From positions 1,860,001 through 1,892,000 of the forward strand of contig NZ_CP047960.1 of NCBI RefSeq assembly GCF_014280195.1: a stretch of DNA of 32,000 bases, written 5' to 3'. This document shows positions 1 through 10,644 of the stretch, piece after piece (position 1 is the stretch's first letter; the number at the start of each line of letters is the position of its first letter). Source of the DNA: Synechococcus sp. A15-24. Its GTDB lineage: Bacteria; Cyanobacteriota; Cyanobacteriia; PCC-6307; Cyanobiaceae. Both the position numbers and the translations under genes were made by a program. The notes beneath the pieces are model-generated. The model made no database searches, was not told the origin of the DNA, and worked only from the letters and a program-made list of their open reading frames with translations.

Positions 1-144
1 GTTCGCATCACGGAAACCCGTCCGATGAGCCGGCACAAGCGCTGGACCATCGCCGAGGTCCTGAGCCACAGCCCGAAAGCTGACAAATCAGCCGAGAGCG
101 CTGCTCCAGCACCTGAGGCTGCGGCCAAGGAGGTGAGCGAATGA
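1..144 (+). CDS. rpsQ: 30S ribosomal protein S17, C-terminal fragment (5' end lies outside the window)
   Basis: Frame 1 reads [30 protein letters not shown]...KEVSE to TGA 142-144. This overlaps the rplN ATG (ATGA at 141-144). It has S17-like RPxSxxKxW and sits in the canonical position upstream of rplN. Confidence 0.85.
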   Translation, partial: VRITETRPMSRHKRWTIAEVLSHSPKADKSAESAAPAPEAAAKEVSE

Positions 145-506
145 TCCAGCAGGAGAGCTATCTGAGCGTCGCCGACAACAGCGGCGCCAAGCGCATCCAG
201 TGCATCCGTGTGCTGGGCACCAACCGTCGCTACGCCCACGTGGGCGATGTGATCGTTGCCGCCGTGAAGGACGCCATGCCCAACATGGGCGTGAAGAAGT
301 CCGATGTGGTGAAAGCCGTGGTGGTTCGCACCAAGGCAACCCTTCGCCGCGACACCGGCAACTCCATCCGGTTCGACGACAACGCAGCGGTGATCATCAA
401 CGCTGACAACAACCCCAAAGGCACCCGCGTCTTCGGACCGGTGGCCCGTGAATTGCGCGAGCGCAACTTCACGAAAATCGTGTCCCTCGCTCCGGAGGTG
501 ATCTGA
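141..506 (+). CDS. rplN: 50S ribosomal protein L14
   Basis: 121-aa ORF starting [26 protein letters not shown], the universal L14 N-terminus. Operon position fits. Confidence 0.97.
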   Translation: MIQQESYLSVADNSGAKRIQCIRVLGTNRRYAHVGDVIVAAVKDAMPNMGVKKSDVVKAVVVRTKATLRRDTGNSIRFDDNAAVIINADNNPKGTRVFGPVARELRERNFTKIVSLAPEVI

Positions 507-508
507 CC

Positions 509-865
509 ATGGCCACCGCAACCAGCAAGGCCAAGCCCAGCGATCGCATCAAGATGCGCATCCGCAAAGGCGACACCGTTCAGGTGATCGCCGGCAAGGA
601 CAAGGGCAAGACCGGCGAGGTGCTGCGCACCCTGCCCAACGAGAACCGCGTGATCGTGGAAGGCGTCAACATGCGCACCCGCCACGAGAAGCCCACCCAG
701 GAAGGTGAGACCGGACGCATCGTCAATGAGGAAGCATCCCTGCATGCCTCCAACGTGATGCTCTATTCCACCGCCAAGAAGGTGGCCAGCCGCGTCGAGA
801 TCGTCGTCGAAAAGGACGGCAGCAAGAAGCGCAAGCTCAAGAAAACCGGTGAAGTCCTCGACTGA
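509..865 (+). CDS. rplX: 50S ribosomal protein L24
   Basis: 118 aa. KOW motif [21 protein letters not shown]. Lies between rplN and rplE. Confidence 0.96.
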   Translation: MATATSKAKPSDRIKMRIRKGDTVQVIAGKDKGKTGEVLRTLPNENRVIVEGVNMRTRHEKPTQEGETGRIVNEEASLHASNVMLYSTAKKVASRVEIVVEKDGSKKRKLKKTGEVLD

Positions 866-906
866 ACCCGACTTCTGACCAAGCCCAGAAGCACCCCACA
901 TCCCCC

Positions 907-1446
907 ATGTCACTCAAGAAGCGCTATAGGGAGACCATTCAGCCCAAGCTGCAGAAGGATCTCTCCCTCACCAACATCCACGAAGTCCCCAAGGTGGTGA
1001 AAGTCACCGTCAACCGGGGCCTCGGCGAAGCCGCCGCCAACGCCAAGTCCCTTGAGGCCTCGGTGAACGAGCTGGCACAGATCACCGGCCAGAAAGTGGT
1101 CGTCACCCGTGCCAAGAAGGCAATCGCCGCCTTCAAAATTCGCCAGGGCATGCCGATCGGTTGTGCCGTCACCCTGCGCGGTGACCGGATGTATGCGTTC
1201 CTGGAGCGCCTGATCAACCTGGCGCTGCCCCGCATCCGCGACTTCCGCGGGGTGAGCCCGAAGAGCTTTGACGGGCGCGGCAACTACACCCTGGGGGTGC
1301 GGGAGCAGATCATTTTTCCTGAGATCTCCTTCGACAAGATCGATGCCATCCGTGGCATGGACATCACCATCGTGACCACCGCCCGTTCAGACGAAGAGGG
1401 CCGGGCCCTCCTCCGCGAGATGGGAATGCCGTTCCAGAGCAACTGA
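907..1446 (+). CDS. rplE: 50S ribosomal protein L5
   Basis: 179 aa. Reads ...[14 protein letters not shown]...[27 protein letters not shown]...PRIRDFRG, typical L5. Confidence 0.97.
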   Translation: MSLKKRYRETIQPKLQKDLSLTNIHEVPKVVKVTVNRGLGEAAANAKSLEASVNELAQITGQKVVVTRAKKAIAAFKIRQGMPIGCAVTLRGDRMYAFLERLINLALPRIRDFRGVSPKSFDGRGNYTLGVREQIIFPEISFDKIDAIRGMDITIVTTARSDEEGRALLREMGMPFQSN

Positions 1447-1465
1447 GCCCTCCCCGTCGACACCT

Positions 1466-1867
1466 ATGGCCAACCACGACCCAATTTCCGACATGCTCAC
1501 CCGCATTCGCAATGCGAGTGAGAAGCGTCACGAGACCACCAAGATCCCTGCATCCCGCATGACCCGCAGCATCGCCAAGGTGCTGCAGCAGGAGGGCTTC
1601 ATCTCCGAGATCAGCGAACAGGGCGAAGGCGTGCGCACCGAACTGGTGCTCTCCCTCAAGTACAGCGGCAAGCACCGGCTGCCCACCATCCGCTCCATGC
1701 AGCGGGTGAGCAAGCCAGGTCTGCGCATCTACAAGAACACCCGTGGCCTGCCCAAGGTCCTCGGCGGTCTTGGCGTTGCGATCATCTCCACCTCCAAAGG
1801 TGTGATGAGTGATCGCGATGCCCGCCGCGAGGGCGTCGGGGGCGAGGTGCTCTGTTACGTCTACTGA
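1466..1867 (+). CDS. rpsH: 30S ribosomal protein S8
   Basis: 133 aa. N-terminus [13 protein letters not shown] and C-terminus GGEVLCYVY are S8 hallmarks. It follows rplE directly, with no rpsN between, as in cyanobacteria. Confidence 0.97.
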   Translation: MANHDPISDMLTRIRNASEKRHETTKIPASRMTRSIAKVLQQEGFISEISEQGEGVRTELVLSLKYSGKHRLPTIRSMQRVSKPGLRIYKNTRGLPKVLGGLGVAIISTSKGVMSDRDARREGVGGEVLCYVY

Positions 1868-1881
1868 TCCGGAGCTCAACC

Positions 1882-2421
1882 ATGTCACGCATCGGCAAAA
1901 ATCCTGTTCCCGTACCCGACAAGGTGACCGTCTCCCTCGACGGCCTCACCGTGAAGGTCAAGGGACCGAAGGGCGAACTGGAACGCACCCTTCCTGATGG
2001 CGTCAGCGTCAGCCAAGACAACAACTGCATCGTGGTGGCTCCATCCACCAGCAAGCGCTTCTCCCGTGAACGCCACGGCCTGTGCCGCACCCTCGTCGCC
2101 AACATGATCGAGGGCGTCAACAACGGCTACAGCAAGAGCCTCGAAATCGTGGGCGTGGGTTCGAGGGCCCAGGTCAAAGGCAAGACCCTCGTGGTCAGCG
2201 CCGGCTACAGCCACCCCGTTGAAATGGAGCCACCTGAGGGCATCACCTTCAAGGTGGAAAACAACACCAAGGTGATCGTCTCCGGAATCGACAAGGAACT
2301 GGTGGGCAACGAGGCCGCCAAAGTCCGCGCCATCCGCCCGCCCGAGCCCTACAAGGGCAAGGGCATCAAGTACGAAGGCGAGCGCATCATGCGCAAGGCG
2401 GGCAAGTCCGGCAAGAAATAA
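1882..2421 (+). CDS. rplF: 50S ribosomal protein L6
   Basis: 179 aa. [21 protein letters not shown]...[11 protein letters not shown], typical L6. Confidence 0.97.
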   Translation: MSRIGKNPVPVPDKVTVSLDGLTVKVKGPKGELERTLPDGVSVSQDNNCIVVAPSTSKRFSRERHGLCRTLVANMIEGVNNGYSKSLEIVGVGSRAQVKGKTLVVSAGYSHPVEMEPPEGITFKVENNTKVIVSGIDKELVGNEAAKVRAIRPPEPYKGKGIKYEGERIMRKAGKSGKK

Positions 2422-2454
2422 GCCTTGTCCTGACGTTCCTCTCCCTTACCCACC

Positions 2455-2823
2455 ATGTCCAAACTGTCCCGCAAACAGCAGACGCAGAAACGCCACCGGC
2501 GCCTGCGTCGCCACCTCACCGGCACCTCCGACCGTCCGCGGCTGGCGGTGTTCCGCTCCAACAATCACATCTACGTCCAGGTCATCGACGACGACGCTCA
2601 GAGCACCCTGTGCTCGGCCTCGACCGTTGACAAAGAGCTGCGTGCTGGCCTTGATGCCAACGGCGGCAGCTGTGATGCATCCGTCGCCGTTGGCGAACTG
2701 GTCGCCAAGCGCGCCATCGCCAAGGGGATCCAAAGCGTGGTCTTCGACCGTGGCGGCAACCTGTACCACGGCCGGATCAAGGCCTTAGCCGATGCCGCCC
2801 GGGAAGCGGGCCTTCAGTTCTGA
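2455..2823 (+). CDS. rplR: 50S ribosomal protein L18
   Basis: 122 aa. [20 protein letters not shown]...[28 protein letters not shown], typical L18. Confidence 0.97.
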   Translation: MSKLSRKQQTQKRHRRLRRHLTGTSDRPRLAVFRSNNHIYVQVIDDDAQSTLCSASTVDKELRAGLDANGGSCDASVAVGELVAKRAIAKGIQSVVFDRGGNLYHGRIKALADAAREAGLQF

Positions 2824-2836
2824 TTCCTGCTTACCC

Positions 2837-3484
2837 ATGACAGATTCCTCCCCCCAGTCCAACCCCAACGCGGTGCCAGGCGCCGCCGATGTCCCCGCAG
2901 CCGCGGAGGGCCAGCAACAGGAACAGCGTCGCGGCGGTGGCCGTGGTGAACGTGGTGACCGCCGCGGCGGACGCCGCGGTGATCGACGCAATCAAGAGCG
3001 CGACTCCGAATGGCAGGAGCGCGTGGTGCAGATCCGCCGCGTCTCCAAGACCGTCAAGGGCGGCAAGAAGATGAGCTTCCGGGCCATCGTCGTTGTCGGC
3101 AACGAGAAAGGACAAGTCGGCGTCGGTGTCGGCAAGGCCGGTGATGTGATCGGTGCTGTCCGCAAGGGCGTCGCCGATGGCAAGAAGCACCTGGTCAAGG
3201 TGCCGCTCACCCGTCACAACTCGATCCCGACCCTCTCCAATGGCCGTGACGGTGCCGCCAGCGTGCTGATCCGTCCCGCCGCCCCCGGTACCGGTGTGAT
3301 TGCGGGCGGCTCGATCCGCACCGTGCTCGAGCTGGCCGGCATCAAGAATGTCCTGGCCAAGCGTCTGGGCAGCAAGACCCCCCTCAACAACGCCCGGGCT
3401 GCCATGGTGGCCCTGTCGCTTCTCCGCACCCACAAGGAGACGGCCAAGGAACGGGGAATCTCCCTCGAACAGATCTACTCCTGA
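2837..3484 (+). CDS. rpsE: 30S ribosomal protein S5 with an Arg/Gly-rich N-terminal extension of about 45-50 aa
   Basis: The track ORF starts at 2792 but overlaps the rplR end. ATG 2837 (MTDSSPQ...) comes right after the rplR stop (2821-2823). The S5 core [22 protein letters not shown]...[25 protein letters not shown] is unambiguous. Confidence 0.93.
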   Translation: MTDSSPQSNPNAVPGAADVPAAAEGQQQEQRRGGGRGERGDRRGGRRGDRRNQERDSEWQERVVQIRRVSKTVKGGKKMSFRAIVVVGNEKGQVGVGVGKAGDVIGAVRKGVADGKKHLVKVPLTRHNSIPTLSNGRDGAASVLIRPAAPGTGVIAGGSIRTVLELAGIKNVLAKRLGSKTPLNNARAAMVALSLLRTHKETAKERGISLEQIYS

Positions 3485-3490
3485 TTCGCG

Positions 3491-3949
3491 ATGACGACTC
3501 TCCGACTCGAATCCCTCAAAGCCAACAAGGGCGCCCGTCGCCGCAAATTGCGCAAGGGCCGCGGCATCGCCGCCGGCCAGGGCGCCAGCTGCGGCTTCGG
3601 CATGCGTGGCCAGAAATCCCGCTCCGGCCGTCCCACCCGCCCAGGTTTTGAAGGTGGCCAGATGCCGCTCTACCGCCGGGTGCCGAAGCTCAAGCACTTC
3701 CCCCTGGTCAACCCCAAGCACTTCACAGTGCTCAACGTCTCGGCTCTCAACAGCCTCAAGGACGGCAGCACAGTGAACCTGGACTCCCTCGTCAAAGATG
3801 GGGTTGTCACCAGTCCGAAGCATCCCCTGAAGATTCTCGGCAACGGTGATCTGACGGCCAAGAAGCTGACTGTTCAGGCCGCTGCCTTCACCGCATCAGC
3901 CCGCACCAAAATCGAAGCCGCCGGCGGCAGCTGCGAAACCCTCGACTGA
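3491..3949 (+). CDS. rplO: 50S ribosomal protein L15
   Basis: 152 aa. [24 protein letters not shown]...[15 protein letters not shown]15 motif. Confidence 0.96.
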   Translation: MTTLRLESLKANKGARRRKLRKGRGIAAGQGASCGFGMRGQKSRSGRPTRPGFEGGQMPLYRRVPKLKHFPLVNPKHFTVLNVSALNSLKDGSTVNLDSLVKDGVVTSPKHPLKILGNGDLTAKKLTVQAAAFTASARTKIEAAGGSCETLD

Positions 3950-4053
3950 TCCGGCCGGGTTCACCGTCCGTCAGCCCTAAGGTCTGAGCCGTCCGCTGGA
4001 TGTCAATCCACGGGCGGCTTTGCTGCATTCAGCCCACCCCATTCTTCCTGTCC

Positions 4054-5379
4054 ATGCTCGTCAGTCGGGGCCGCAATCCCAACGCCGCCGAAGTCATCAG
4101 CCAGCTGATCGGCAACTCGGGCCTGCGCAATCGAGTGCTCACCACCCTGAGCCTGTTACTGCTGGTGCGTCTCGGCATCTACATCCCCATCCCAGGGATC
4201 GACCGCGAGGCCTTTGCCAGCTTCATCGAGCAGGGCGGCTCCCTGCTGGGTTTCCTCGACATCTTCACCGGCGGGGGAATCTCGACCCTCGGCGTTTTCG
4301 CGCTTGGAATCCTTCCGTTCATCAACGCCTCGATCATCCTGCAGCTCCTGACGGCATCCCTGCCACAGCTGGAGGATCTGCAGAAGAACGAGGGGGAAGC
4401 CGGTCGGCGCAAGATTGCCCAGATCACGCGCTACGTCGCCCTGGGCTGGGGCCTGATCCAGAGCGTCGTCTTCGCCATGATCCTGCGCCAGTACGCCCTG
4501 GAAGGAATCAGCGAGGTGGTGTTCGTGGTCCAGACCGCGCTGTGTCTGGTCACCGGATCAATGGTGGTGATGTGGCTGAGCGAGGTGATCACCGAACGGG
4601 GCATCGGCCAGGGGGCATCGCTGGTGATCTTCTTAAACATTGTGGGAACGCTGCCCCGCACCCTTGGCGCCACGATCGAGGCGGCTCAGACCGGTGACCG
4701 CAACACCGTTCTGGGCATCGTCGTGCTGGTGCTGGTCTTCCTTGTCACCATTGTTGGCATCATCTTTGTGCAGGAGGGTGCACGTCGCATCCCCATCGTC
4801 AGTGCCAAACGCCAGGTCGGGGGTGCCGGTGTCGGGGTTCTGCCAACCCGTCAGAGCTATCTGCCGTTGAAGCTCAATGCCGGCGGCGTCATGCCAATCA
4901 TTTTCGCTTCAGCGGTGATCTTCCTCCCCGTCACGATTGCCAATTTCACCAAGAACGAGTGGTTGATCCGGGGAGCCAGCCTGCTGAACCCAGGCGCCGC
5001 CAACCCATGGCCCTATGCCTTGGCCTTCTTCGCCTTAATCCTCGGATTCGCTTATTTCTACGCATCACTGACGGTGAACCCGACCGATATCGCCTCCAAT
5101 TTGAAAAAGGGCGGCGTTGCGATCCCTGGGGTGCGTCCTGGCAGTGCCACTGCCACCTATTTGTCCGGTGTTCAGAATCGGCTCACCCTCCTGGGCGGCC
5201 TGTTCTTGGGAAGCGTCGCAATCATCCCCGCAGCGGTGGAGCGCGCCACCAATGTGCAGACCTTCCAGGGCCTGGGTGCCACCTCATTGCTGATCCTCGT
5301 GGGTGTGGCCATCGACACCGCCAAACAGGTGCAGACCTACGTGATCTCCCAGCGCTACGAAGGGCTGGTGCGTCAGTGA
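4054..5379 (+). CDS. secY: Preprotein translocase subunit SecY
   Basis: Multi-TM protein with LRNRVLTTLSLLLLVRLGIYIPIPGID...GILPFINASIILQLL...RKIAQITRY. I chose ATG 4054 (MLVSRGR..., 441 aa) over the track start 4000. The exact start is uncertain. Confidence 0.93.
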   Translation: MLVSRGRNPNAAEVISQLIGNSGLRNRVLTTLSLLLLVRLGIYIPIPGIDREAFASFIEQGGSLLGFLDIFTGGGISTLGVFALGILPFINASIILQLLTASLPQLEDLQKNEGEAGRRKIAQITRYVALGWGLIQSVVFAMILRQYALEGISEVVFVVQTALCLVTGSMVVMWLSEVITERGIGQGASLVIFLNIVGTLPRTLGATIEAAQTGDRNTVLGIVVLVLVFLVTIVGIIFVQEGARRIPIVSAKRQVGGAGVGVLPTRQSYLPLKLNAGGVMPIIFASAVIFLPVTIANFTKNEWLIRGASLLNPGAANPWPYALAFFALILGFAYFYASLTVNPTDIASNLKKGGVAIPGVRPGSATATYLSGVQNRLTLLGGLFLGSVAIIPAAVERATNVQTFQGLGATSLLILVGVAIDTAKQVQTYVISQRYEGLVRQ

Positions 5380-5434
5380 TCAACAGAGGCGGCAAGCCCC
5401 TGTTTCCTTTTTCGCTCTCTATTCGCACACACCA

Positions 5435-5986
5435 ATGAAATCCCGTCTCCTCTTCCTTGGCCCCCCTGGAGCAGGAAAGGGCACCCAGGCAGCACGCCTG
5501 TGCAACGCCAACGGCATGAGCCATCTCTCCACCGGTGATTTGTTGCGATCGGAGGTCGTAGCCGGCACAGCCCTGGGCCAGGAGGCCGAAGCGGTGATGA
5601 ACCGTGGGGAACTGGTCAGCGATGCCCTGGTGCTTGCGATCGTGGAAAGCCAGTTGAAGGGATTGTCCAGCGGAGGCTGGCTCCTGGACGGGTTTCCCCG
5701 CACCGTGCCTCAGGCCGATGCCCTCGAACCGCTGCTCGACGAACTCAAGCAACCGATTGAAGCCGTGGTGCTGCTTGAGCTGGACGATGCCGTGCTGATC
5801 GAGCGTCTGCTCGCCCGTGGCCGCGACGACGACAATGAAGCGGTCATCCGCAATCGCCTGGAGGTCTACCGAGAGAAGACCTCACCCCTGATCAGCTTCT
5901 ATCGGGACAAAGGCCTGCTGGTGTCGGTTGAAGCGAACGGCTCCGTGGAGGAGATCACCGAGCGGATTACCAATGTGCTGAGTTGA
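5435..5986 (+). CDS. adk: Adenylate kinase (short-LID type)
   Basis: 183 aa. P-loop [14 protein letters not shown], then LSTGDLLR and [12 protein letters not shown]. Canonical position after secY. Confidence 0.96.
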   Translation: MKSRLLFLGPPGAGKGTQAARLCNANGMSHLSTGDLLRSEVVAGTALGQEAEAVMNRGELVSDALVLAIVESQLKGLSSGGWLLDGFPRTVPQADALEPLLDELKQPIEAVVLLELDDAVLIERLLARGRDDDNEAVIRNRLEVYREKTSPLISFYRDKGLLVSVEANGSVEEITERITNVLS

Positions 5987-6032
5987 CCCGCGTGGTAGGA
6001 TTGCTGTTTGGAAATTTGGAGAGCCACGCCTC

Positions 6033-6146
6033 ATGAAGGTGCGCGCTTCAGTCAAGAAAATGTGCGACAAGTGCCGGGTGATCCGTCGCCACGGCCGGGT
6101 CATGGTGATCTGCACCAACCCGAAGCACAAGCAGCGCCAGGGCTGA
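6033..6146 (+). CDS. rpmJ: 50S ribosomal protein L36
   Basis: Not in the ORF track because it is under 60 aa. ATG 6033 to TGA 6144-6146 translates to [37 protein letters not shown] (37 aa). The Zn-ribbon pattern CxxC...C...H is present. Confidence 0.95.
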   Translation: MKVRASVKKMCDKCRVIRRHGRVMVICTNPKHKQRQG

Positions 6147-6260
6147 CAACCAGCCCACGTCAGACCTGAACGGATCTTCGAATCCCTGCTTCCGGCCTGC
6201 ACTGCATCAATCACCGCCTCCACTGCAATGGAGGCCTTTGTCCCTCTCATTTGAATCTTC

Positions 6261-6626
6261 GTGGCACGGATCGCCGGCGTTGACATTCCCCGCGACAAGC
6301 GGATTGAAGTGTCCCTCACTTACATCTATGGAGTCGGCCCGACACGGGCTCGCACCATCCTGGCTCAGACCGGTGTGAACCCCGACGTCCGGGTCAAGGA
6401 TCTTGAGGACGGTGACCTTCAGAAACTGCGCAACGCCGCCGACGAGTTCACCCTCGAGGGCGATCTGCGCCGGCAGGAGGGCATGGCCCTGAAGCGTCTG
6501 CAGGACATCGGCTGCGTGCGCGGACGTCGTCATCGCATGAGCCTGCCTGTGCGTGGCCAGCGCACACGGACCAATGCCCGCACCCGTCGTGGCGCGCGCA
6601 AGACAGTGGCCGGCAAGAAGAAGTAA
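6261..6626 (+). CDS. rpsM: 30S ribosomal protein S13
   Basis: GTG start. [30 protein letters not shown]..., 121 aa. Confidence 0.96.
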   Translation: MARIAGVDIPRDKRIEVSLTYIYGVGPTRARTILAQTGVNPDVRVKDLEDGDLQKLRNAADEFTLEGDLRRQEGMALKRLQDIGCVRGRRHRMSLPVRGQRTRTNARTRRGARKTVAGKKK

Positions 6627-6662
6627 GCCCCCCCTCGTCCTTTACACGACCGTTCCCGGCCC

Positions 6663-7055
6663 ATGGCCAAACCCGCCAAGAAAACAGGCCCCAAGAAGGC
6701 CAAACGCAACGTCCCGAACGGCGTTGCCCACATCCAAAGCACCTTCAACAACACGATCGTGTCGATCACCGACACGTCTGGCGAAGTCATCTCCTGGTCA
6801 TCCGCTGGTGCCAGCGGCTTCAAGGGTGCCCGCAAAGGCACACCCTTCGCTGCCCAGACGGCGGCAGAAGCAGCGGCACGTCGAGCACTTGATCAAGGCA
6901 TGCGCCAGATCGAGGTGCTGGTGAAGGGGCCTGGATCCGGTCGTGAGACCGCAATTCGAGCCTTGCAGGTGGCTGGTCTTGAGATCACCCTGATCAGAGA
7001 CGTCACTCCGCTGCCCCACAACGGTTGCCGGCGGCCCAAGCGCCGTCGCGTCTGA
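6663..7055 (+). CDS. rpsK: 30S ribosomal protein S11
   Basis: 130 aa. [30 protein letters not shown]...[14 protein letters not shown]...[16 protein letters not shown]. Confidence 0.97.
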   Translation: MAKPAKKTGPKKAKRNVPNGVAHIQSTFNNTIVSITDTSGEVISWSSAGASGFKGARKGTPFAAQTAAEAAARRALDQGMRQIEVLVKGPGSGRETAIRALQVAGLEITLIRDVTPLPHNGCRRPKRRRV

Positions 7056-7099
7056 ATCGCATCATTTCCCGGTTTACGCCCCCTACCCCGCATCAGACC

Positions 7100-8038
7100 G
7101 TGCTGCAATACCAGATTGACCGCATCGAGCATCAGGTGGAAGAGGATCGCTCCCAAAGTGGGGTGTTCCTCATCGGTCCCCTTGAGCGGGGTCAGGCGAC
7201 CACCCTGGGCAACGCCCTGCGACGTGTCCTGATGGGCGGCCTCGAAGGCAGTGCCGTCACCGCCATTCGGATCGCTGGTGTCAACCACGAGTACGCCACC
7301 GTCCCCGGTGTGCGTGAGGACGTTCTCGACATACTTCTCAACTGCAAGGAGCTCTCCGTCAACAGCCGGTCGTCTGAGCTGGAGATCGGTCGTCTTGTGG
7401 TGGCTGGTCCCGCTGAAGTGACCGCCAACGATCTGCAGTTCTCCTCCCAGGTGGATGTGGTGGACGGCAACCGTCCCATCGCCACCGTGGCCGACGGTTA
7501 CAGCCTCGAGCTTGAGGTCCACGTGGAACGCGGCGTGGGCTACCGACCGGTGGATCGCCACAGCGAGGACATCAGCGCCATCGACCTGCTTCAGATCGAT
7601 GCGGTATTCATGCCGGTGATCCGGGTGAATTTCACCATCGATGAAACCGCCGTTGCCGAGGGTGGATCCGCCCGAGAGCGTCTGCGCATGGAGATTGTCA
7701 CGGACGGCTCCATCACCCCCGATGACGCTCTGGCTCAATCAGCCAACTACCTGATCGAGTTGTTCCAACCTCTCGCCACGGTGACCCTCGTGGAGGAGCC
7801 GGGGATCGAACCCGAGCCTTCTGCAGAAGCTCAGATCCCGCTGGAGGAACTCAACCTCTCCGTGCGGGCTTACAACTGCCTCAAGCGTGCCCAAGTCAAC
7901 TCCGTGTCCGACCTGATGGGTTTCAGCTACGAGGACCTGCTGGAGATCAAAAACTTCGGCTCCAAATCAGCCGACGAGGTGATCGAAGCCCTCGAACGCA
8001 TCGGCATCTCCATCCCCCAGAGCCGCACCTCTGCCTGA
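7100..8038 (+). CDS. rpoA: DNA-directed RNA polymerase alpha subunit
   Basis: GTG 7100 gives (M)[43 protein letters not shown] (312 aa). C-terminal domain reads [20 protein letters not shown]. The track start 7025 overlaps the rpsK end and is rejected. Confidence 0.93.
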   Translation: MLQYQIDRIEHQVEEDRSQSGVFLIGPLERGQATTLGNALRRVLMGGLEGSAVTAIRIAGVNHEYATVPGVREDVLDILLNCKELSVNSRSSELEIGRLVVAGPAEVTANDLQFSSQVDVVDGNRPIATVADGYSLELEVHVERGVGYRPVDRHSEDISAIDLLQIDAVFMPVIRVNFTIDETAVAEGGSARERLRMEIVTDGSITPDDALAQSANYLIELFQPLATVTLVEEPGIEPEPSAEAQIPLEELNLSVRAYNCLKRAQVNSVSDLMGFSYEDLLEIKNFGSKSADEVIEALERIGISIPQSRTSA

Positions 8039-8085
8039 GATCGGCCTGCCTAACAACTTTCCCGACATCCGTCTCCGACAGAACC

Positions 8086-8436
8086 ATGCGTCACCAATGC
8101 CGAGTTCCCCAGCTGGGTCGCCCCGCTGACCAGCGCAAGGCGATGCTGCGCGCACTGACAACCCAGCTGATTCGAGAAGGTCGGGTGACCACCACCAAGG
8201 CCCGTGCCAAGGCCCTGCGTGACGAGGCTGAGCGGATGATCACCCTCGCCAAGGACGGCAGCCTCGCGTCCCGTCGTCGCGCCCTTGGCTACATCTATGA
8301 CAAGCAGTTGGTGCACGCCCTGTTCGACAAGGCCCCCGACCGCTACAGCGACCGCAAGGGTGGTTATACCCGCATTACCCGCACCGTCCCCCGTCGTGGT
8401 GACAACGCCGAGATGGCGATCATCGAACTGGTCTGA
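8086..8436 (+). CDS. rplQ: 50S ribosomal protein L17
   Basis: 116 aa. [45 protein letters not shown]...GGYTRI. Confidence 0.96.
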   Translation: MRHQCRVPQLGRPADQRKAMLRALTTQLIREGRVTTTKARAKALRDEAERMITLAKDGSLASRRRALGYIYDKQLVHALFDKAPDRYSDRKGGYTRITRTVPRRGDNAEMAIIELV

Positions 8437-8464
8437 TTTCTATCCCCTGCGTCAGTTCTGACGT

Positions 8465-9364
8465 TTGAGCTCCGAACCCTCGTCTGCAGCCCCTGAGTCC
8501 TCGGTCCCTTGCCGGATCGCCCTCAGCCTGCAGTACGAGGGTTCCGCCTTTTGCGGGTGGCAGCGTCAACGCAACGGCCACAGTGTGCAGGCCCAGCTGG
8601 AGACGGCGATCGAGCAGCTGGATCCATACCGCCCGATCCAGACCTTCGCCGCGGGACGAACCGATGCCGGCGTCCACGCAGCCGGCCAGGTGGTGCATTT
8701 CGACTGTGGGGACAGGATCCCCCCCGCCAAATGGGCACTGGCCCTGAACGGACGGCTGCCATCCACGATCCGGGTGAGGGAGTCAGTGCTGCGGCCCAAG
8801 GATTGGCATGCCTGCTACTCGGCCACCTACCGGCGCTATCGCTACACCATTCACAACGGGCGGCGACCCAACCTGTTCCTCGCCCCCTGGAGCTGGCACC
8901 GCTACCAACTCCGGCTGGATGAGTCCCGCATGCGGGATGCCCTCAACGGCATGCTCGGGCTTCACGACTTCAGTGCTTTCATGCGGGCCGGAAGCCGTCG
9001 GGCCCATGCCAGAACCACGGTTCAGGAGGTGGAGCTGGTGCGCCAGGGCGACATGGTGCGGGTTGAGATCCAGGCCAGTGGTTTCCTTTACGGCATGGTT
9101 CGCCTGCTGATGGCTCAGCTGGTGGCGGTAGGCGAACACCGTCTATCCGTCGGGGATTTCGAGCAGCGCTGGCGTCAACGACGACGCCACGAGGTCCGTG
9201 AAGCAGCTCCAGGCCATGGGCTATGTCTGCTCAGGGCTGGCTATGAGCAGGAGATCTTCACCAGAGCTGGCTGGTACAATTGTCAACCGTTGTTTTTTCT
9301 GGCGGAGAGTGATCCCCCACCGGATCCTCCGCCTCTGCCGGAAGCAAGCGGATCTGAACTCTGA
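8465..9364 (+). CDS. truA: tRNA pseudouridine(38-40) synthase TruA, with a Pro-rich C-terminal tail
   Basis: [19 protein letters not shown] and the catalytic-Asp motif [21 protein letters not shown] 8465 is the only canonical start in the open frame, so the start is uncertain. Confidence 0.85.
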   Translation: MSSEPSSAAPESSVPCRIALSLQYEGSAFCGWQRQRNGHSVQAQLETAIEQLDPYRPIQTFAAGRTDAGVHAAGQVVHFDCGDRIPPAKWALALNGRLPSTIRVRESVLRPKDWHACYSATYRRYRYTIHNGRRPNLFLAPWSWHRYQLRLDESRMRDALNGMLGLHDFSAFMRAGSRRAHARTTVQEVELVRQGDMVRVEIQASGFLYGMVRLLMAQLVAVGEHRLSVGDFEQRWRQRRRHEVREAAPGHGLCLLRAGYEQEIFTRAGWYNCQPLFFLAESDPPPDPPPLPEASGSEL

Positions 9365-9508
9365 ATGCAGCTCTTCTCATTGGGAGAAGGGTCCTGTCAA
9401 AGAGTAAGCTCGATCTTTGAGCTCCCGTCAGGTCCTCCTCTGGACCAGACCATCCCTGACCAGCTTGGCCATCTCGGCTGAGCAATTCCGAACCGGCATG
9501 CCGGCGCG

Positions 9509-9961
9509 ATGAACAAGACCTCCCTTCCTCAAATTGATTCTCTCGAACGCCAGTGGTATCTGGTGGACGCTGAGAACAAGACTCTCGGGCGCCTGGCCAC
9601 CGAGGTTGCCGCTGTTCTGCGCGGCAAGAACAACCCGAGCTTCACCCCCCACCTGGACACCGGCGATTTCGTCGTGGTGGTGAATGCCGAAAAGATCCGG
9701 GTGAGCGGCAGCAAGGCCACCCAGAAGCTGTATCGCCGTCACTCCGGTCGCCCCGGCGGCATGAAGACCGAAACCTTCGAAGCGCTGCAGGACCGCATCC
9801 CCGAGCGGATCGTTGAAAAGGCGATCAAAGGCATGCTTCCCCACAACGCCCTGGGCCGTCAGATGTTCCGCAAGCTCAAGGTGTACAAAGGCAGCGAGCA
9901 TCCTCATGCCGCCCAGAAGCCTCAGCCTCTTCAGCTCAACCCCTCTGCATCCGCACAATGA
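9509..9961 (+). CDS. rplM: 50S ribosomal protein L13
   Basis: 150 aa. [48 protein letters not shown]. Confidence 0.96.
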   Translation: MNKTSLPQIDSLERQWYLVDAENKTLGRLATEVAAVLRGKNNPSFTPHLDTGDFVVVVNAEKIRVSGSKATQKLYRRHSGRPGGMKTETFEALQDRIPERIVEKAIKGMLPHNALGRQMFRKLKVYKGSEHPHAAQKPQPLQLNPSASAQ

Positions 9962-10359
9962 GCAGCAATTCCGTCGTCTACTGGGGCACTGGTCGCCGCA
10001 AGACCTCCGTCGCCCGTGTGCGCCTCGTCCCCGGCAACGGCACGATCACCATCAACGGTCGTCCCGGTGACAACTATCTGAACTACAACCCCGCCTACAT
10101 CGCAGCGGTGAAAGCTCCCCTCGAGACCCTTGGTCTTGGCGCGGAGTACGACATCCTGGTGAATGTCCAAGGCGGCGGACTCACCGGTCAGTCCGGAGCC
10201 ATCAAGCAAGGCGCAGCTCGCGCTCTGTGTGAGTTGTCGGCTGATAACCGCAAGCCTCTCAAGACCGAAGGCCATCTGAGCCGCGACCCGCGCGCCAAGG
10301 AACGCCGCAAGTACGGTCTCAAGAAAGCTCGTAAGGCTCCTCAGTTCTCCAAGCGCTGA
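9958..10359 (+). CDS. rpsI: 30S ribosomal protein S9
   Basis: 133 aa. ATGA overlap with the rplM stop. [19 protein letters not shown]...[25 protein letters not shown]. Confidence 0.96.
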   Translation: MSSNSVVYWGTGRRKTSVARVRLVPGNGTITINGRPGDNYLNYNPAYIAAVKAPLETLGLGAEYDILVNVQGGGLTGQSGAIKQGAARALCELSADNRKPLKTEGHLSRDPRAKERRKYGLKKARKAPQFSKR

Positions 10360-10369
10360 TTTTCATCCC

Positions 10370-10630
10370 ATGCCCAAGCCCGATATTCACCCCACCTGGT
10401 ATCCCGACGCCAAGGTGATCTGCAACGGCGAAGTCGTGATGACCACCGGCTCCACCCAGCCGGAGATCCACGTCGATGTCTGGAGTGGAAACCACCCCTT
10501 CTTCACCGGAACCCAGAAGATTCTCGACACCGAGGGTCGCGTAGATCGCTTCATGAAGAAGTACGGCATGGGCAAGAAGAAGTCCGGCGACAAAGCCAAG
10601 GCCGAGGCCAAGGCGGACGCCAAATCCTGA
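10370..10630 (+). CDS. rpmE: 50S ribosomal protein L31 (Cys-poor, zinc-independent type, Lys/Ala-rich tail)
   Basis: 86 aa. MPKPDIHPTWY...HPFFTGTQKILDTEGRVDRFMKKYG. Only one of the four Zn-ligand Cys positions of E. coli L31 is retained. Confidence 0.94.
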   Translation: MPKPDIHPTWYPDAKVICNGEVVMTTGSTQPEIHVDVWSGNHPFFTGTQKILDTEGRVDRFMKKYGMGKKKSGDKAKAEAKADAKS

Positions 10631-10644
10631 CGTAGGCGCGGGGC

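Noticed and set aside
872-891. Small hairpins in ribosomal-operon spacers as possible autoregulatory operators or attenuators: CTTCTG...CAGAAG before rplE (an S8-operator idea), GCCGTCCG...CGGGCGGC-TTT at 3988-4020 before secY, GCCTCCA...TGGAGGC at 6216-6235 before rpsM, and CGTCA-GTTC-TGACG-TTT at 8450-8466 after rplQ.
   Set aside because: The stems are only 5-8 bp, without supporting covariation data or strong U-tracts. They are indistinguishable from chance in GC-rich DNA without comparative analysis.
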